A DNA stretch of 64,000 nt from Takakia lepidozioides. Its lineage: Eukaryota > Plantae > Bryophyta. Below the pieces are notes generated by a model that saw nothing but the letters and a program-made list of their open reading frames with translations, searched no databases and had not been told where the DNA came from. Positions 40,201 through 54,774 of this stretch are shown here, piece by piece (position 1 is the stretch's first letter; each line of letters starts with the position of its first letter). A program made the position numbers and the translations under genes. The DNA lies in the NCBI GenBank assembly GCA_030704615.1, contig CM060734.1, positions 47,616,001 to 47,680,000 of the forward strand. The letters are read 5' to 3'.

Positions 40201-41440
40201 GGCTAGCCGAAATGTGGTCTCATGGAGTGCAATGATCACAGGGTACGCTCAGCATGGGTGTGGTATGGAGGCCTTGAAGATCTATGAGCAAATGCAACTG
40301 GAAGGGGTCACACCTGACAGGGTCGCATTCATTTGCATTCTCAGTGCCTGTGCTAGTCTAGGAGTCCTAGAAAAAGGCAAGGAGGTCCATACTGATATCA
40401 TCAAGTCTGGAATGGCATCATCTATTAAGTTGGAGAATGCCCTTGTTACCATGTATGCCAAATGTGGGAGTGTCAAGGATGCATGTCAAGTGTTTGACAA
40501 TATGGCTGAAAGAGATGTGGTCTCATGGAGTGCGATGATCGCAGGATATGGTCAGAATGGGTGTAGTAACAAGGCCCTGCAACTGTTTGAACAAATGAGA
40601 CAGGAATGCTTGAAGCCAAGCCTTATTACATTTATATCTCTTCTGTCTGCATGTAGCCATGGGGGCCTAGTGGATGAAGGCCAGCATTACTTTGACACCA
40701 TGAGTCGAGATCATGGCCTCAACCCTGCAGTTGAGCATTTTGGCTGCATGGTGGACCTTCTTGGCCGTGGAGGGCGATTGGATGAGGCAGAGGACTTTAT
40801 CAGCAAGATGCCAAGCGAACCAGCTGCTACGGTGTGGGGCGCCCTACTTGGTGCCTGCAGAATTCATGGCAGTGTCGAGCTAGCAGAACGTGCAGCCAAA
40901 TATCTTCTAAAGTGGAATCCGCAGGATGCTGCAACATACGTGCTGCTATCAAACATCTATGCTGCAGCTGGTAGGTGGGACGAAACAGCAAGAGTGAGAA
41001 AAATGATGGAGGACAGAGGTGTCAGAAAAGAGCCAGGCTGGAGTTGCATTGAGGTCAACAACCAGGTGCATACATTTATTGTAGAAGACAAGATGCATCC
41101 ACAAATTGAGGAAATCCATGCTGAGCTGAAGACGTTGTCTGGGCAGATGAAGGAAGCTGGCTATGTGCCCGACACACGCTTTGTATTGCATGATATGGAG
41201 GAGGGGCAGAAGGAATTTATGCTTTCCCACCACAGCGAGAAGCTAGCCATCGCGTTTGGGCTCATCAGTACGCCCCCTGGGATGCCTATCCGCATCATCA
41301 AGAACCTGAGGGTGTGTGGTGATTGCCACACTGCCACTAAGTTCATTTCAAAGATTGTTGGGCGAGAAGTTGTTGTACGTGATGCCACCCGCTTTCATCA
41401 CTTCCAAGATGGGTTTTGTTCTTGTGGGGATTACTGGTGA
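37270..41440 (+). CDS. PDF-motif + PLS-class PPR (23 motifs) + E1/E2 + DYW cytidine deaminase; predicted organellar C-to-U editing factor
   Basis: Large exon 38290-41440: L-S-(P-L-S)x6-P2-L2-S2, PGWSCIEV, HSEKLA, CGDCH, DYW*. Upstream exons ~37495/37500-37573 (MELLLQEFKSDPMQWWDNSSNK) and 37898-38079 (TSRRSPDFRHKRTKEVLWIEDWSTPPWVKSEL...) splice in frame via GT-AG. Start exon 37270-37435 is tentative. Confidence 0.88.
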
Positions 41441-42797
41441 AATAATCGACATTCACGAAATAGTGCAGCATATCAAACTTGAGAGGGCCAGATTTCTGGA
41501 AGCAAAGATGGGAGTCAAAGTAAACCATTTGTCAGGAAATATATCAGTCCGTACTGAGGCCCCTGGTGATGACCGCAAGCCAATCATGACCATCAGCATC
41601 AGTGTAATCATGGAGAATCTTATTGCAGAGACAGCCTGCAGGAAGAAAATCCAGAAGTTCCACCAAAAAGGTTAAAGAATGGCATTCCCAAATAACTGAG
41701 GAAAAACAGCATAAGGTTGTGGTTCTCTTTGGGGTGATAGGAGAACATCCATCATCTCAATGTGTAGTGATGGATTCTCCTTTACCTTGCCACAAGAGCT
41801 GGAGAGGCTTCAAAGTTAAATTCTCTCAGGTTTACGGCGTTCGAGTTCCACATACATGAGATTGAGCTCACAGTATTGTGAGTAAGCTTGTGAGGTTATG
41901 TTTGAATGTCACAATGATATTAGCCAGTTTGTGGCTAATATGCACATTTGGTGAGTACCGACAACTAATGATCAGGAGTAGACCTCTTCTAAATTGAAGG
42001 CACAGTAGATGAGTTTCTTGTATACTACTGAACCACAATCGGCCTTTACATATTGTTGATCACGCTGGCCACCCAACCTGCAAAGCAACAAGATCAGAAA
42101 CCGTGACAGGAGAATATTCCTACACATTTCAGAAATGCTTGGTTGATATTTGACTAAGGACATAGCAGCTCCACAATAAAAAGCAATATGCAAGCTTTTC
42201 TTTTCAAGCGTCACTTTCTGTTAGCATCTGTTGTGAAGAATCCTAGCTAATTTTGCAACTCAGCTTCTCTGACAATTAAAGTTTTGCTGTGACAATAGAG
42301 GGAGACAATTCATCAACTGTGACCTTGCCGGCTTCCTCACTTCTAAACTCTCGCTCCAAATGTTCTCGTTATGAATAAAAAGGTGGCCAGAGGTGCGGAT
42401 TTTGCAGTCAAGGTTCAAAAGGGCGAAAACAATTCTAATTTTTTTGAAATAATTCAAACATGTAGAGGAATTCAAAAATATGACCGTTGCTGTCATCCTC
42501 GCTGGTTTCCCTCCAATGGCCCTCCTCCGCCCCTCTCCCTCTTTCTTTCTTGCTTCTTTGATTTTATGTCTGTGACTTGTCTGCTCTTCTCTCCGGACGT
42601 GCACACATGCTCTCTACTGCTGCATGGCATGTGTGTGGTCATGGAGTGCTGTGCAATGAACCAAAGTGACTAAGAGTTGAAGAAATCTAGAAAGATTAAG
42701 AGCTTCACGGATTATGGGCGCTGCCCACCATTGCAACTAAGAATCGAAGGAGACCTACAAATTAAGAGGAGCATCGAGATCACAGGTTAGGGAGAAG

Positions 42798-45566
<2,769 letters not shown>

Positions 45567-47417
45567 ACTAACAAAATCCTGTCCCCTCTTGTGTGCTGGA
45601 CCCTTTCCCCTTCTCATGATCAGGGGGATAGTGTTCCCCTCCCCAAAATCTGTTTTCTGGATGCCTCCTGCCTTCAAACGAGCTGTTTGAGAGGCTGATT
45701 CTCACCACAGGTTGAGAGGGTGATTGTTCGAACGCATTACAGTGGCAGCTATGGATGAGTGTATCCAACTTAGCCAATTATGTGAGAACTGTCAGGGATT
45801 CTGCTGAAACATGTGTTTCTCTCTCCTTCATCACATATAGAGATTCCAAACCAAGATTGTAACAACTGAATCAGTGGAGAACTCTGATTCATCCTCAAGC
45901 AAATAGGAGTCTTTCAGTGCTTTGTCTTGTAAATGAAAGCTTCCTTTTGCCAAACACCACTGAAGGTTTTTGTCTCTTTTGATACGACTGATGTCTCCAT
46001 ATGTGTAAATTTTCCTGCTTCTGTGGCTGCTGATGGTTGACAGAGATTGAGTGACCAGGTACTCAAGCAAGTCCATCCGGATTGTCATTGTTTGTGTGTC
46101 AACATCACAACAGGTATGGGGTGAGTCACATATAGCATGGGAGGCTAAAATGCAATGGTGGTGCATTTGGTTCTCTGGAAGGTTGTGAATGTGCTCGTGT
46201 GAGCATTCTGGTATATTACTTATGTTCTCTCAATACCCATAGAATTTGCTATGGTGAAATGAATATTCACACAGACAAAACTATAAAAATCTGTGCTCAC
46301 TTGAGCAGAAACAATCCAATACTAAAAGTGCCTGGCTTTTGGCATGCTTGCGGTGTTACCATCTGCTGATGGCCCTATTATGGTAGTATTTTTTCCAACC
46401 ACTCCTTTAATATGATATACAGGGCCCTTTTTATATCGCACCTTTTTTTCCTAAACCAGTTCAAATATTTCATGTTTCACAACATACTTCATACTTCATA
46501 CTTCAACACTTCATAAAGGAAAAGGATCAGTTTTTCGGTATTGACTTCTTTGCATGACATTCTCATCCATAAGAAAAACATTGGAAAGAGTCCTGCCACC
46601 AAATTTGCTGAAACCCTGTAAAGCTACCAACTGACATGAAGTGACTGTACAAAGGATGGAAAGTTCCCATAGCGAGGGAAGAGTTAAGTTAACATGAATT
46701 TGGTGTACAATTTGTTATAGTTTCTAATGTGGGGTTGCTAGCGTCAGAACATCGTGTCTGGGCCACAGTGCCGACAGCGCTGGCCGAGGTGACTGTGTAC
46801 TGGCAAACGCGTGTTGCGCTGGAGAAGCGAGTGCAGGGATGGATCTGCGGGAACATTCTAAGTTAGTCCGCAGAAGCGTGCTCCCTGATATGCTGGCTTG
46901 ACAAGACTCACAATCCAGCAGGCACACACTCTGCACTCATACTCCCACCTGCATCATGTTTAGGTTTTCCCGATTTGTAGTCACCAGTTAGGCAACTTAC
47001 AAGTGGTGTTCTGGAGGTTTACCTGTTTCGAGTGTGATGGAAATCCAGAGCACAGCAGCGGCATCGGATTTGCAAGGGGGTGTGGGGACACTGACTACAT
47101 CTGATTCACTTTACCAAATTCTTTAGCTGGCTACAGATCCCATCAAGGGTGCTAAGCTGCGGAAAGCAGTACCTAGTAGTTGAGCATGAATGGCTGTAGG
47201 GATGTTATTGCTTGAGACTTGGAAATCCCGAACGAGCACAAACTGGCAACTTTCTGCAGCCCAGGTTGAGGGATAATCCATCAGGACACTTCCATCAAGA
47301 TGATCCTAATATATGTGTCCAATGGTTACTGGAGAGTTTGGATAGGAGATCCAAGGCAGAACCCTGCTGCCAATTGTTAACTGATTGCTCCGAGCAGGAG
47401 GCAACAAGTCAGAAGAG

Positions 47418-48965
47418 ATGAGGGGTTTTGGGTGGTGGAATAATGAGCAGGCTCGCTCACTCCTGATGGTGAACTTGGCAGCTATTATGGAGAGGGCAGA
47501 TGAAGCCTTGTTGCCAGGAGTATATAGGGAGATTGGTTTGGCTTTGCATGCGTCACCAGCTCGTCTAGGGTCACTCACACTGGTGAGATCACTGATGCAA
47601 GCACTATGCGCACCTTTGGCAGCCTATGTTGCCGTCCATCATAACCGAGCAAATGTAATCGCACTTGGGGCAATATTATGGTCCATTGCCACTTTCTTTG
47701 TTGGGATCTCTGCTACTTTCGGACAGGTGGCGATATCAAGAGCATTGAACGGTGTGGGGTTAGCAATGGTGGTTCCTGCCATCCAATCTCTAGTAGCAGA
47801 TTCAACTGAAGAGCACAAGCGGGGGGTAGCTTTTGGCTGGCTACAGCTGACAGGCAATGTGGGGTCAGTTTTAGGGGGTCTTTGTTCCATCATGCTTGCT
47901 GGGACTTCGTGGATGGGTTATCCTGGATGGAGACTGTCATTCCATTTGGTGGCAATTGTGAGCATTGTGGTGGCACTGTTAGTGCATGCATTCGCCATTG
48001 ATCCACGATTTCCTACTGGGCATACACCTCCTATGCGGAAAAGGAAGTCGGTTTTATCAGGAATGTGGCAAGATTTGAAGGAAATGCTTTTGCAAGCGAA
48101 ACAAGTGGTGCAGATCCAAACCTTTCAGATTTTGGTGGCCCAGGGGGTGGCAGGATCCTTTCCATGGGCGGCACTAGCATTTGCACCCATGTGGCTGGAG
48201 CTCATCGGGTTCTCCCATGCAGTAACGGCTATCCTATTGTTCATTTTTACAGTTGCAACGTCGCTGGGGGCCGTCTTTGGTGGGAAAATGGGTGACATCC
48301 TTTCCATTCGACTACCTAATGCAGGGAGGATAATATTATCTCAAATTAGCTCCGGGCTAGGGGTACCATTGGCAGCAGTACTGTTTTTGGTTTTGCATGA
48401 CAATGCTCAAACAGCTGTGGCACATGGATTTGTGTTCTTCATCTTGGGTTTCTTTACATCCTGGAATGCTGCTGCAACGAACAACCCCATCTTTGCAGAG
48501 ATTGTACCTGTGGAGGCACGCACAAATGTGTATGCACTGGATCGCTCCTTTGAGACAGTCCTAGCATCATTTGCCCCACCAATTGTGGGTCTCCTTGCCG
48601 AGAAATGGTATGGTTACATCCCCCCCCAAAGGGATGCGGATCAGGACACAAAGCTTGAAGTTGACAGAGAAAATGCTGTCTCTCTATCCAAGGCTCTGTA
48701 TACTTCAATGGGCATCCCCCTTTTTGTTTGTTGTTTGATCTACACACTGCTTTATTGGACATATCCGCGAGACCGCGACCATGCTCTGTTTGAGTCTCAA
48801 ATCGGTAAGGAGACAGGGACACACCATAGGCTGGAAGTCTTCAATGGAAAGGATGGTGGAATCGCTGTTCTTCAGGAAGAGGATGAAGAGAAGGATGAGG
48901 GCAGCGGATACATGGAGAGTTCAACAGAAACTGAGTGTATGCTTCCCGAGTTACAAGAGATTTGA
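47418..48965 (+). CDS. Major facilitator superfamily transporter (plant UNE2/Spinster-like clade), single exon
   Basis: LLMVNLAAIMERADEALLPGVY, AIQSLVADST, QGVAGSFPW, SWNAAATNNPIFAEIVP, VYALDRSFE, LYWTYPRDR. About 12 hydrophobic segments; first in-frame ATG at 47418. Confidence 0.9.
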   Translation: MRGFGWWNNEQARSLLMVNLAAIMERADEALLPGVYREIGLALHASPARLGSLTLVRSLMQALCAPLAAYVAVHHNRANVIALGAILWSIATFFVGISATFGQVAISRALNGVGLAMVVPAIQSLVADSTEEHKRGVAFGWLQLTGNVGSVLGGLCSIMLAGTSWMGYPGWRLSFHLVAIVSIVVALLVHAFAIDPRFPTGHTPPMRKRKSVLSGMWQDLKEMLLQAKQVVQIQTFQILVAQGVAGSFPWAALAFAPMWLELIGFSHAVTAILLFIFTVATSLGAVFGGKMGDILSIRLPNAGRIILSQISSGLGVPLAAVLFLVLHDNAQTAVAHGFVFFILGFFTSWNAAATNNPIFAEIVPVEARTNVYALDRSFETVLASFAPPIVGLLAEKWYGYIPPQRDADQDTKLEVDRENAVSLSKALYTSMGIPLFVCCLIYTLLYWTYPRDRDHALFESQIGKETGTHHRLEVFNGKDGGIAVLQEEDEEKDEGSGYMESSTETECMLPELQEI

Positions 48966-49374
48966 GTGTGCCCACAAGATCAGACTAGGGGAGACTACTC
49001 CCTTTGAAGTGGAAGCTTGTTCTCAGTTAGTGACAGCACACTTTCCATTTGATCATGCCTTATAAAGTGTGTTTTCCATGCCAATAGACCAAGGCTGAAA
49101 CCATTAGTGCACTTCATAGTACACAACAGGATAGCTTAAAACCCTCAGAGGAAGGTCTTATAGCTCCATTCAAAGTTTCCAAATCAGCCAAAAAATGGCT
49201 GGATGCTCTCATGTAAAGTTGAATAAACAGTGCACAGGCCAGTACAAAAAATAAGCCGCGTGAGCACAATTCACGGTTATAGGAGTAGTATGTTCCAAAC
49301 AGAAATACAAGTCATAAGTGGACATAGGGTACTGCTGCATCAGTAGAGTTACAGATTCTATGATGATGTGTTAT

Positions 49375-50130
49375 TTTATTTTAAGGAAAACAGCGACCCC
49401 TTAATCAAATTAAGTGGAGGAAAAATTAACCTCCAAAGCGCCATGAAGGCTTAAACAAGCAACGAGGCAATAACCTAAAGGTCACAGCAGGACAAGAGTA
49501 CAAAGGAAAGAACAAGTAATTAAGAAAAGCACAAGCAAAATGTCCGCAGACAGCTCAAAGAGCTTAAAGGACAAAATGAAAACAAAAAACAAGAAAGAGT
49601 ATACAAAGACAAAGAGTGAAGCCTCATGTAGCCCAAAAGCAACTACTACTGAAGTGATTGCCTAAAGGTCAAAGCTTCATGTAGATAAGTTGTCAAGCAT
49701 TTTTTATCCTCATAATGAAAGACTTCTATGATAGATTGGATTACACAGAATAAACTGTGGAATCTGCCACCGATCTCATAGTCAAGGTGGCAGTAAAAGA
49801 AGAAATATTCTTCAGTTTCGGTACATATTTGGGCTTGGATATGCTGGGCATAGGCGATCTTCTCATTGCAAGTTTTCCTTCATACAAGTCTATATCCGTA
49901 AATTGTGGAGCCCATTCTAAATCGCTCGAATGCCCTCAGAAGAGGGGAATTAAGATGCAGACAAGTTTAGGTCTTTAATATATCGTTCTATGAGATAACA
50001 CCGTCTAGCGCCTACTTGCCCACAAATGTCTAACTCATCTAGGAGATGAATGACAAGGTCTATTATCACATCAAAAAAAAGATGAATGAAATTCCTTCTC
50101 AAAAAGACACATTGTTAGTGCAACATCTTC
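49375..50130. mobile_element. Diverged copy of the repeat family found in CDKB intron 7
   Basis: 'aatgtccgcagacagctcaaagagctta', 'agtgattgcctaaaggtcaaagc', 'atcctcataatgaaagacttc' align with 44913-45075. The T-rich left edge fits a minus-strand poly(A) tail. Confidence 0.55.
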
Positions 50131-50559
50131 CTTCAGCTTTGGAATGTCGTTTGGGTCTATATCTTAGCACATACCTTTATGAATACATGAGTAAGACGCA
50201 TAATGGCCATCCGAGGTGCAAAGGCCATTAAGGTATGGATACACAATGGGGGTATCTGTTGCATCATGATGTGATGGTCATGGGATTTCATGGAACCTAA
50301 TATCTTACATTCGACATGTTTCTTCAATGCACCAGCATATCATGTATCGCAATGTGGCAAGGAAAGTATTGATCTCATTGGAAGTTAAAACATATGATGC
50401 ATGGGCGTTATCAATGTAGTTGGATCCCTCTGTCCATGGTTGTGAAAGCCATTAGTGTTGGCGGATTCCCATATTTGCCTTTATGTCTGCATGCATTTTG
50501 GGAGTGTTCTTTCTCTCCAAACAAGGTCTTCACAACGTTCTCACATACATTCTTAAGCT

Positions 50560-52450
50560 AGCTTCGATTTGAAGTGGCACGCATGCAAACTTCGCACATA
50601 GAATGTTGTGCCTCGAGCACCAAACATTGTTTGGAGAAAAGATGTTGATTGCAACGTTTTCAAATTTTTCTCCCACCAATAAACTGGGACACCAACAGGT
50701 GCCTAGAATTCATAGCCATAAGTGGCGGATGGGGTGACAACGGTATCAAAGAGTCACTTTTTGGTTGGGGAATGTGCAAATGCATATATTTACATTTGGC
50801 TTAAAGGCAAATGGAGGTAGCCCTATACTACCCTTCGTCAATCTATCTATAGCAATTGAGGCAATCTTGAATTTGGGTGAGTGGATAACCAGACCCAGGT
50901 ACATATATGATTTGACAACCTCAATGTCTTGCTGATTAGAGGTGAATCTGCGATCTCACATAACCATTGAAAATCATGATATTAGTTTTGCTAAGATTGA
51001 CCTACAGCCCATAGTCTTTGGAAAAATCTTCTAGTATGCAAAGGTGGCATTATAGAAAGACATGAGATTGTGCCAAGAGATCCACATCATCAGCATAAAG
51101 AAGTACTAATTACGTTGGTCCAACATGCAAAAGCACCCCTTACTCCATGATTCTTTTAAATGTACCTTTCCAAAGCATCTATGTAGATCTGAAAGAGGGA
51201 CGTAGGTGATCAGAGAGGGCAACCCTGTTTGACGCCAATGTCGCTATGAACTTCTGCCCGCAAGAATTCTATTACGACTTTGTAGACCCTGCCCATCACA
51301 GTCTCATGCATGGATACGACGACACAGAGATTTTCATCTTGTGGAGCCTTTGACAAAAAAAAGGCTCGATGAACTAAATCGTAAGTTTTCCAAAAGTCCA
51401 CAAAGTAAACATAAACCAGTTTTTAAAACATGGCTTGTTTGTTCCACCATAGTCTAAAGAATGAAAATGTGGTAAAAAAATGGACTGGTTGCGGCGAAAG
51501 CCTGCTTGCTCAATAGTGCACAAGTGGGAGGTTTCAGCCCAATAATCCAGTTCCATAGCCGCTACTACTGCCCCAAACAGTTTAGTCAATAATGAAAAAA
51601 CCATGATCATAAGGTAGTTGGTCGACGTGAGCATGTCACCACGCTTGAAGAGAGGGTGGATAAATGTTCTTTGCTCATTTTGTTAGAAAACCATGTTGCA
51701 CTGCTTTATTGAAAAGATGTGATATAAATAGGGCCAAGGTCATTGTCACGTGTTTGATAATTTTACTTTGTAGCCCTAATAAATCCATTGTCTTGTCATC
51801 TGTAACTTCTTGACTGCCTTGCTGACATTGGATATGGTGACCAAAAACAAATTGCAGAGGTTTGGAGAAGACGAGATTGGTTTGGGGAGTGATACATGCC
51901 AAAAATGAATGTCTATGATTGGGGGTGGATCTTTCTGAGGTTTAAGAAGTGACCAAAGGGAATGAAGAGAAAGCTTGAACTTCACGATGAAAATAGATTG
52001 TGATATAATAGTGTAGGTTTTTTGTTTGGATCTAATAAGAGACTTGTAGTACTTGAGAGTTAGGTTATTGAACTCTGGAGTAGAATGGGAGAGTATGGGA
52101 GAGTGATTGGAAAGGATCGCAAGGCTTATAAGTTCCAAAGAGCATGAGTGAGATATGAAACTTTCTCATTAGTAAATGATTGATAACTAATGGAGGGAGG
52201 ATTGAGGCTAGACATGTTCCATATTCGACGTTGTATATGTGAGTGAATGAAGTACAGAAGTGAAGATGGGGGTGTGAAAAAACAAAAGATGAGGAGTCTC
52301 GCATGGTGACAGAGATGTGATGCAGACTGCAAGTTGATGTTGTTGTAGTGTCTCATCGGAGATGGAATGTGCTTTAGGGGAGAGCAAATTGTTCTCGGAA
52401 TTGTTGACTGTCACCATTTCTCGTGGTGTAGTGGTGCAAGGGTGGACTCG
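50560..52450 (-). mobile_element. Degenerate LINE reverse transcriptase (ORF2) remnant
   Basis: Broken frames with EQAGFRRNQS, DFWKTYDLV, GVKQGCPL, LLYADDVDLL (about 51075-51105), YMYLGLVI; many stops and frameshifts. Confidence 0.85.
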
Positions 52451-53594
52451 CATGTTAAGGGTTCAATGCAAAATGAAGAATGAGAGATAAATTTAATATT
52501 TGGCGCATATTTTCAGGCGTGTCCTGTACATGCATATTTCCATTGAGCTTGAGCCATTGGATACAGATTTAACGACAAAGTTTAAATTAAAGACGCTTCG
52601 ATCGCTCAGATGACTTACTAAAGCACTTGAAGTGCTCAACTAGAACCTTAAGTTGTAGGAAAGTTACTCTTGAAATACTTAAAGGCACACCCGAGTCCAA
52701 ATTAGGGTCCGAGACTTACAGATTGAGAAAGTGGGAGATGATACGAGAGATGTTGCGAGACAAAAGAAGGAACACACATACCTCACACATATAAAAGAGT
52801 AGTACAGCAGACAGACGTAATTCTTAACAGTGTCTCTGCATCGCGATTTTCCTGTACCTAGTCAGCGAAACATGTCACATATGCATAAATTATTCATCCA
52901 TCCAAATCCTCGCGCCTCACTGTTCTTGACGACGTCTCTATCTCTCTATCTCTCTTTCTCTATCTCTTGCACTGTTTGCTCTGCAAACAATCTCCTCCTT
53001 CCTCCTCTGCATGTGTTCTCTCCAGAGGTAGTGAATCTGCTTCCTAGCTTATTATATGAACATAGGAGAGGCAAGAATTTGTAGTGTGTATGTATCTGCT
53101 TTGGATAACTTCCAATTTTGACAAAGCTCAGAGGAACAGGTATGACCAGGCTGTCTGGTTTTGCAGAAAGGTCCTACCAGAGTGTTACTGATATATATAT
53201 TATATTTTATTTCAACATAATTTTATTTCTTTGATAAACTTGGATATCTCACATGCGGTAGACACGGGGCCCCGATTTTGTAAAATTAAAACATGTTAGA
53301 TGTGATTCCCAAACTCAAATCGTTGTCTCATAGAGGTCCACTTACCAGCCCTCTTACTCTACGTTTCACCTGCATCTTGACAGATATGGTTATATGTTGC
53401 TGAAAGAGAAATCTTTATTTCAGAGAGCTTCGATTTCTATAGAGACGTATCGAGGAGGAGTCACAACGGTGTTAGGCGGAATGGACGCTGACGCACTGAC
53501 ATGCGCGGCTCACGAGAGAAAACGAGAGAGAAAAAAAAAAAACTGGCAAGAACTAGAGAATTTAGCAAGACCAAGAACAATACCCCTATTTTTT

Positions 53595-54199
53595 TACGAA
53601 TACAACATAGACCATAGCCATAGTCATAGAGCACTATGGGGCGTCTATGGTGATCATATGCATAGCTCAGCCATAGACAAGTCATTATGATACGATTATG
53701 GTGACCATAGCCATAGACCATAGACATAGCCATAGAGCACTATAAGACGTTGATGGTGACCATAACCATAGCCCGACCATAGACAAACGGTTGGTTATAG
53801 AGGAGTTAGTAACCTCCCCCGCATAAGTTATTCCACCATAGGGGAGTTATAACCATAGGCTATGATGGCGGTTAGGGAAGCCGTGGAGTATTTAAGGCAA
53901 GAACAAAGTTGTAAAGAGGATCGATCAATCACACTTGTATTGAGGGAGTTCTGAGTTATGATACGGCCTCATGCCTACGTGTAAGAGTCTACGCGTTTGT
54001 TCCAGAGTAGGATGCACTTAGACAGAGCGTGATGAGGGACAAAGAACCTTGTATTCACTGCTATGAGCTGATAAATATGATGCTTATTCGGAAACCATTT
54101 ATGTGTCTTAAAGCCTGGTAATGTGAATGTGTAAGTAATGAGAATGCTCCACACCTAAGTAGAGGTTTGTAGCTACGGAAGCCAGTGAAGACCCTTACA
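53595..54199 (+). mobile_element. Probable solo LTR with CCATAG-rich repeats
   Basis: Dense (A/G)CCATAG repeats at 53605-53860, TATA-like TATTTAA at about 53889, end ...CCCTTACA at 54199. 5' TG and TSD not identified. Confidence 0.45.
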
Positions 54200-54774
54200 C
54201 AAATCACATGAGTTACCTTCACTAAGGAGAACCAACCTATCTAGGTAAATGATACCCAAGTTCACTGACGTCATGAAGCCTTGTCATAACCAGAAGTATG
54301 AACCCGCATTAATCCACCATGATACCACCCGCAACAAGTCCTGTCTACCGACTCTGAACAGCAAGAATACTTAGAATATTCCAATACCTCCTATCTAGAG
54401 TATCCACCATTGGCGAAAGGATGGGTGTATTAAAACTATTCAACAAATATCAAGGGCCAAAGTCAACGCTTTGAGGCATAAATGGGCTCGAAATTGAGGT
54501 GGGATTTAACTGTGGTGTTGCGATTCTTCCGATGCCGCAAGTTAATATCTTCATCTAGGTTGTGGGGAGATAATGGATTAGATGAGCCTCCAGTCAATCA
54601 ATGAATAGATTGTGTCTTCGACAAAAAACTCAAAGTGGATGGTCATTCTTCATTCCCATGAGGCGTCAAAATCACCAATGAAAATGAGATGTCTTGAAAA
54701 CATCTGCTAAGAACTAAGCACAAAATAACCCATATTTTAGAATCTTTAGTTAACAAATCAAAATAGATCCCATG

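Noticed and set aside
40900-41440. U-to-C (DYW:KP-type) editing domain
   Set aside because: Canonical PG box, HSEKLA and terminal DYW indicate the ordinary C-to-U type.
46056-46085. Peptide VLKQVHPD matching histone H2B
   Set aside because: Only 8 residues; flanks do not resemble H2B and there is a stop just upstream.
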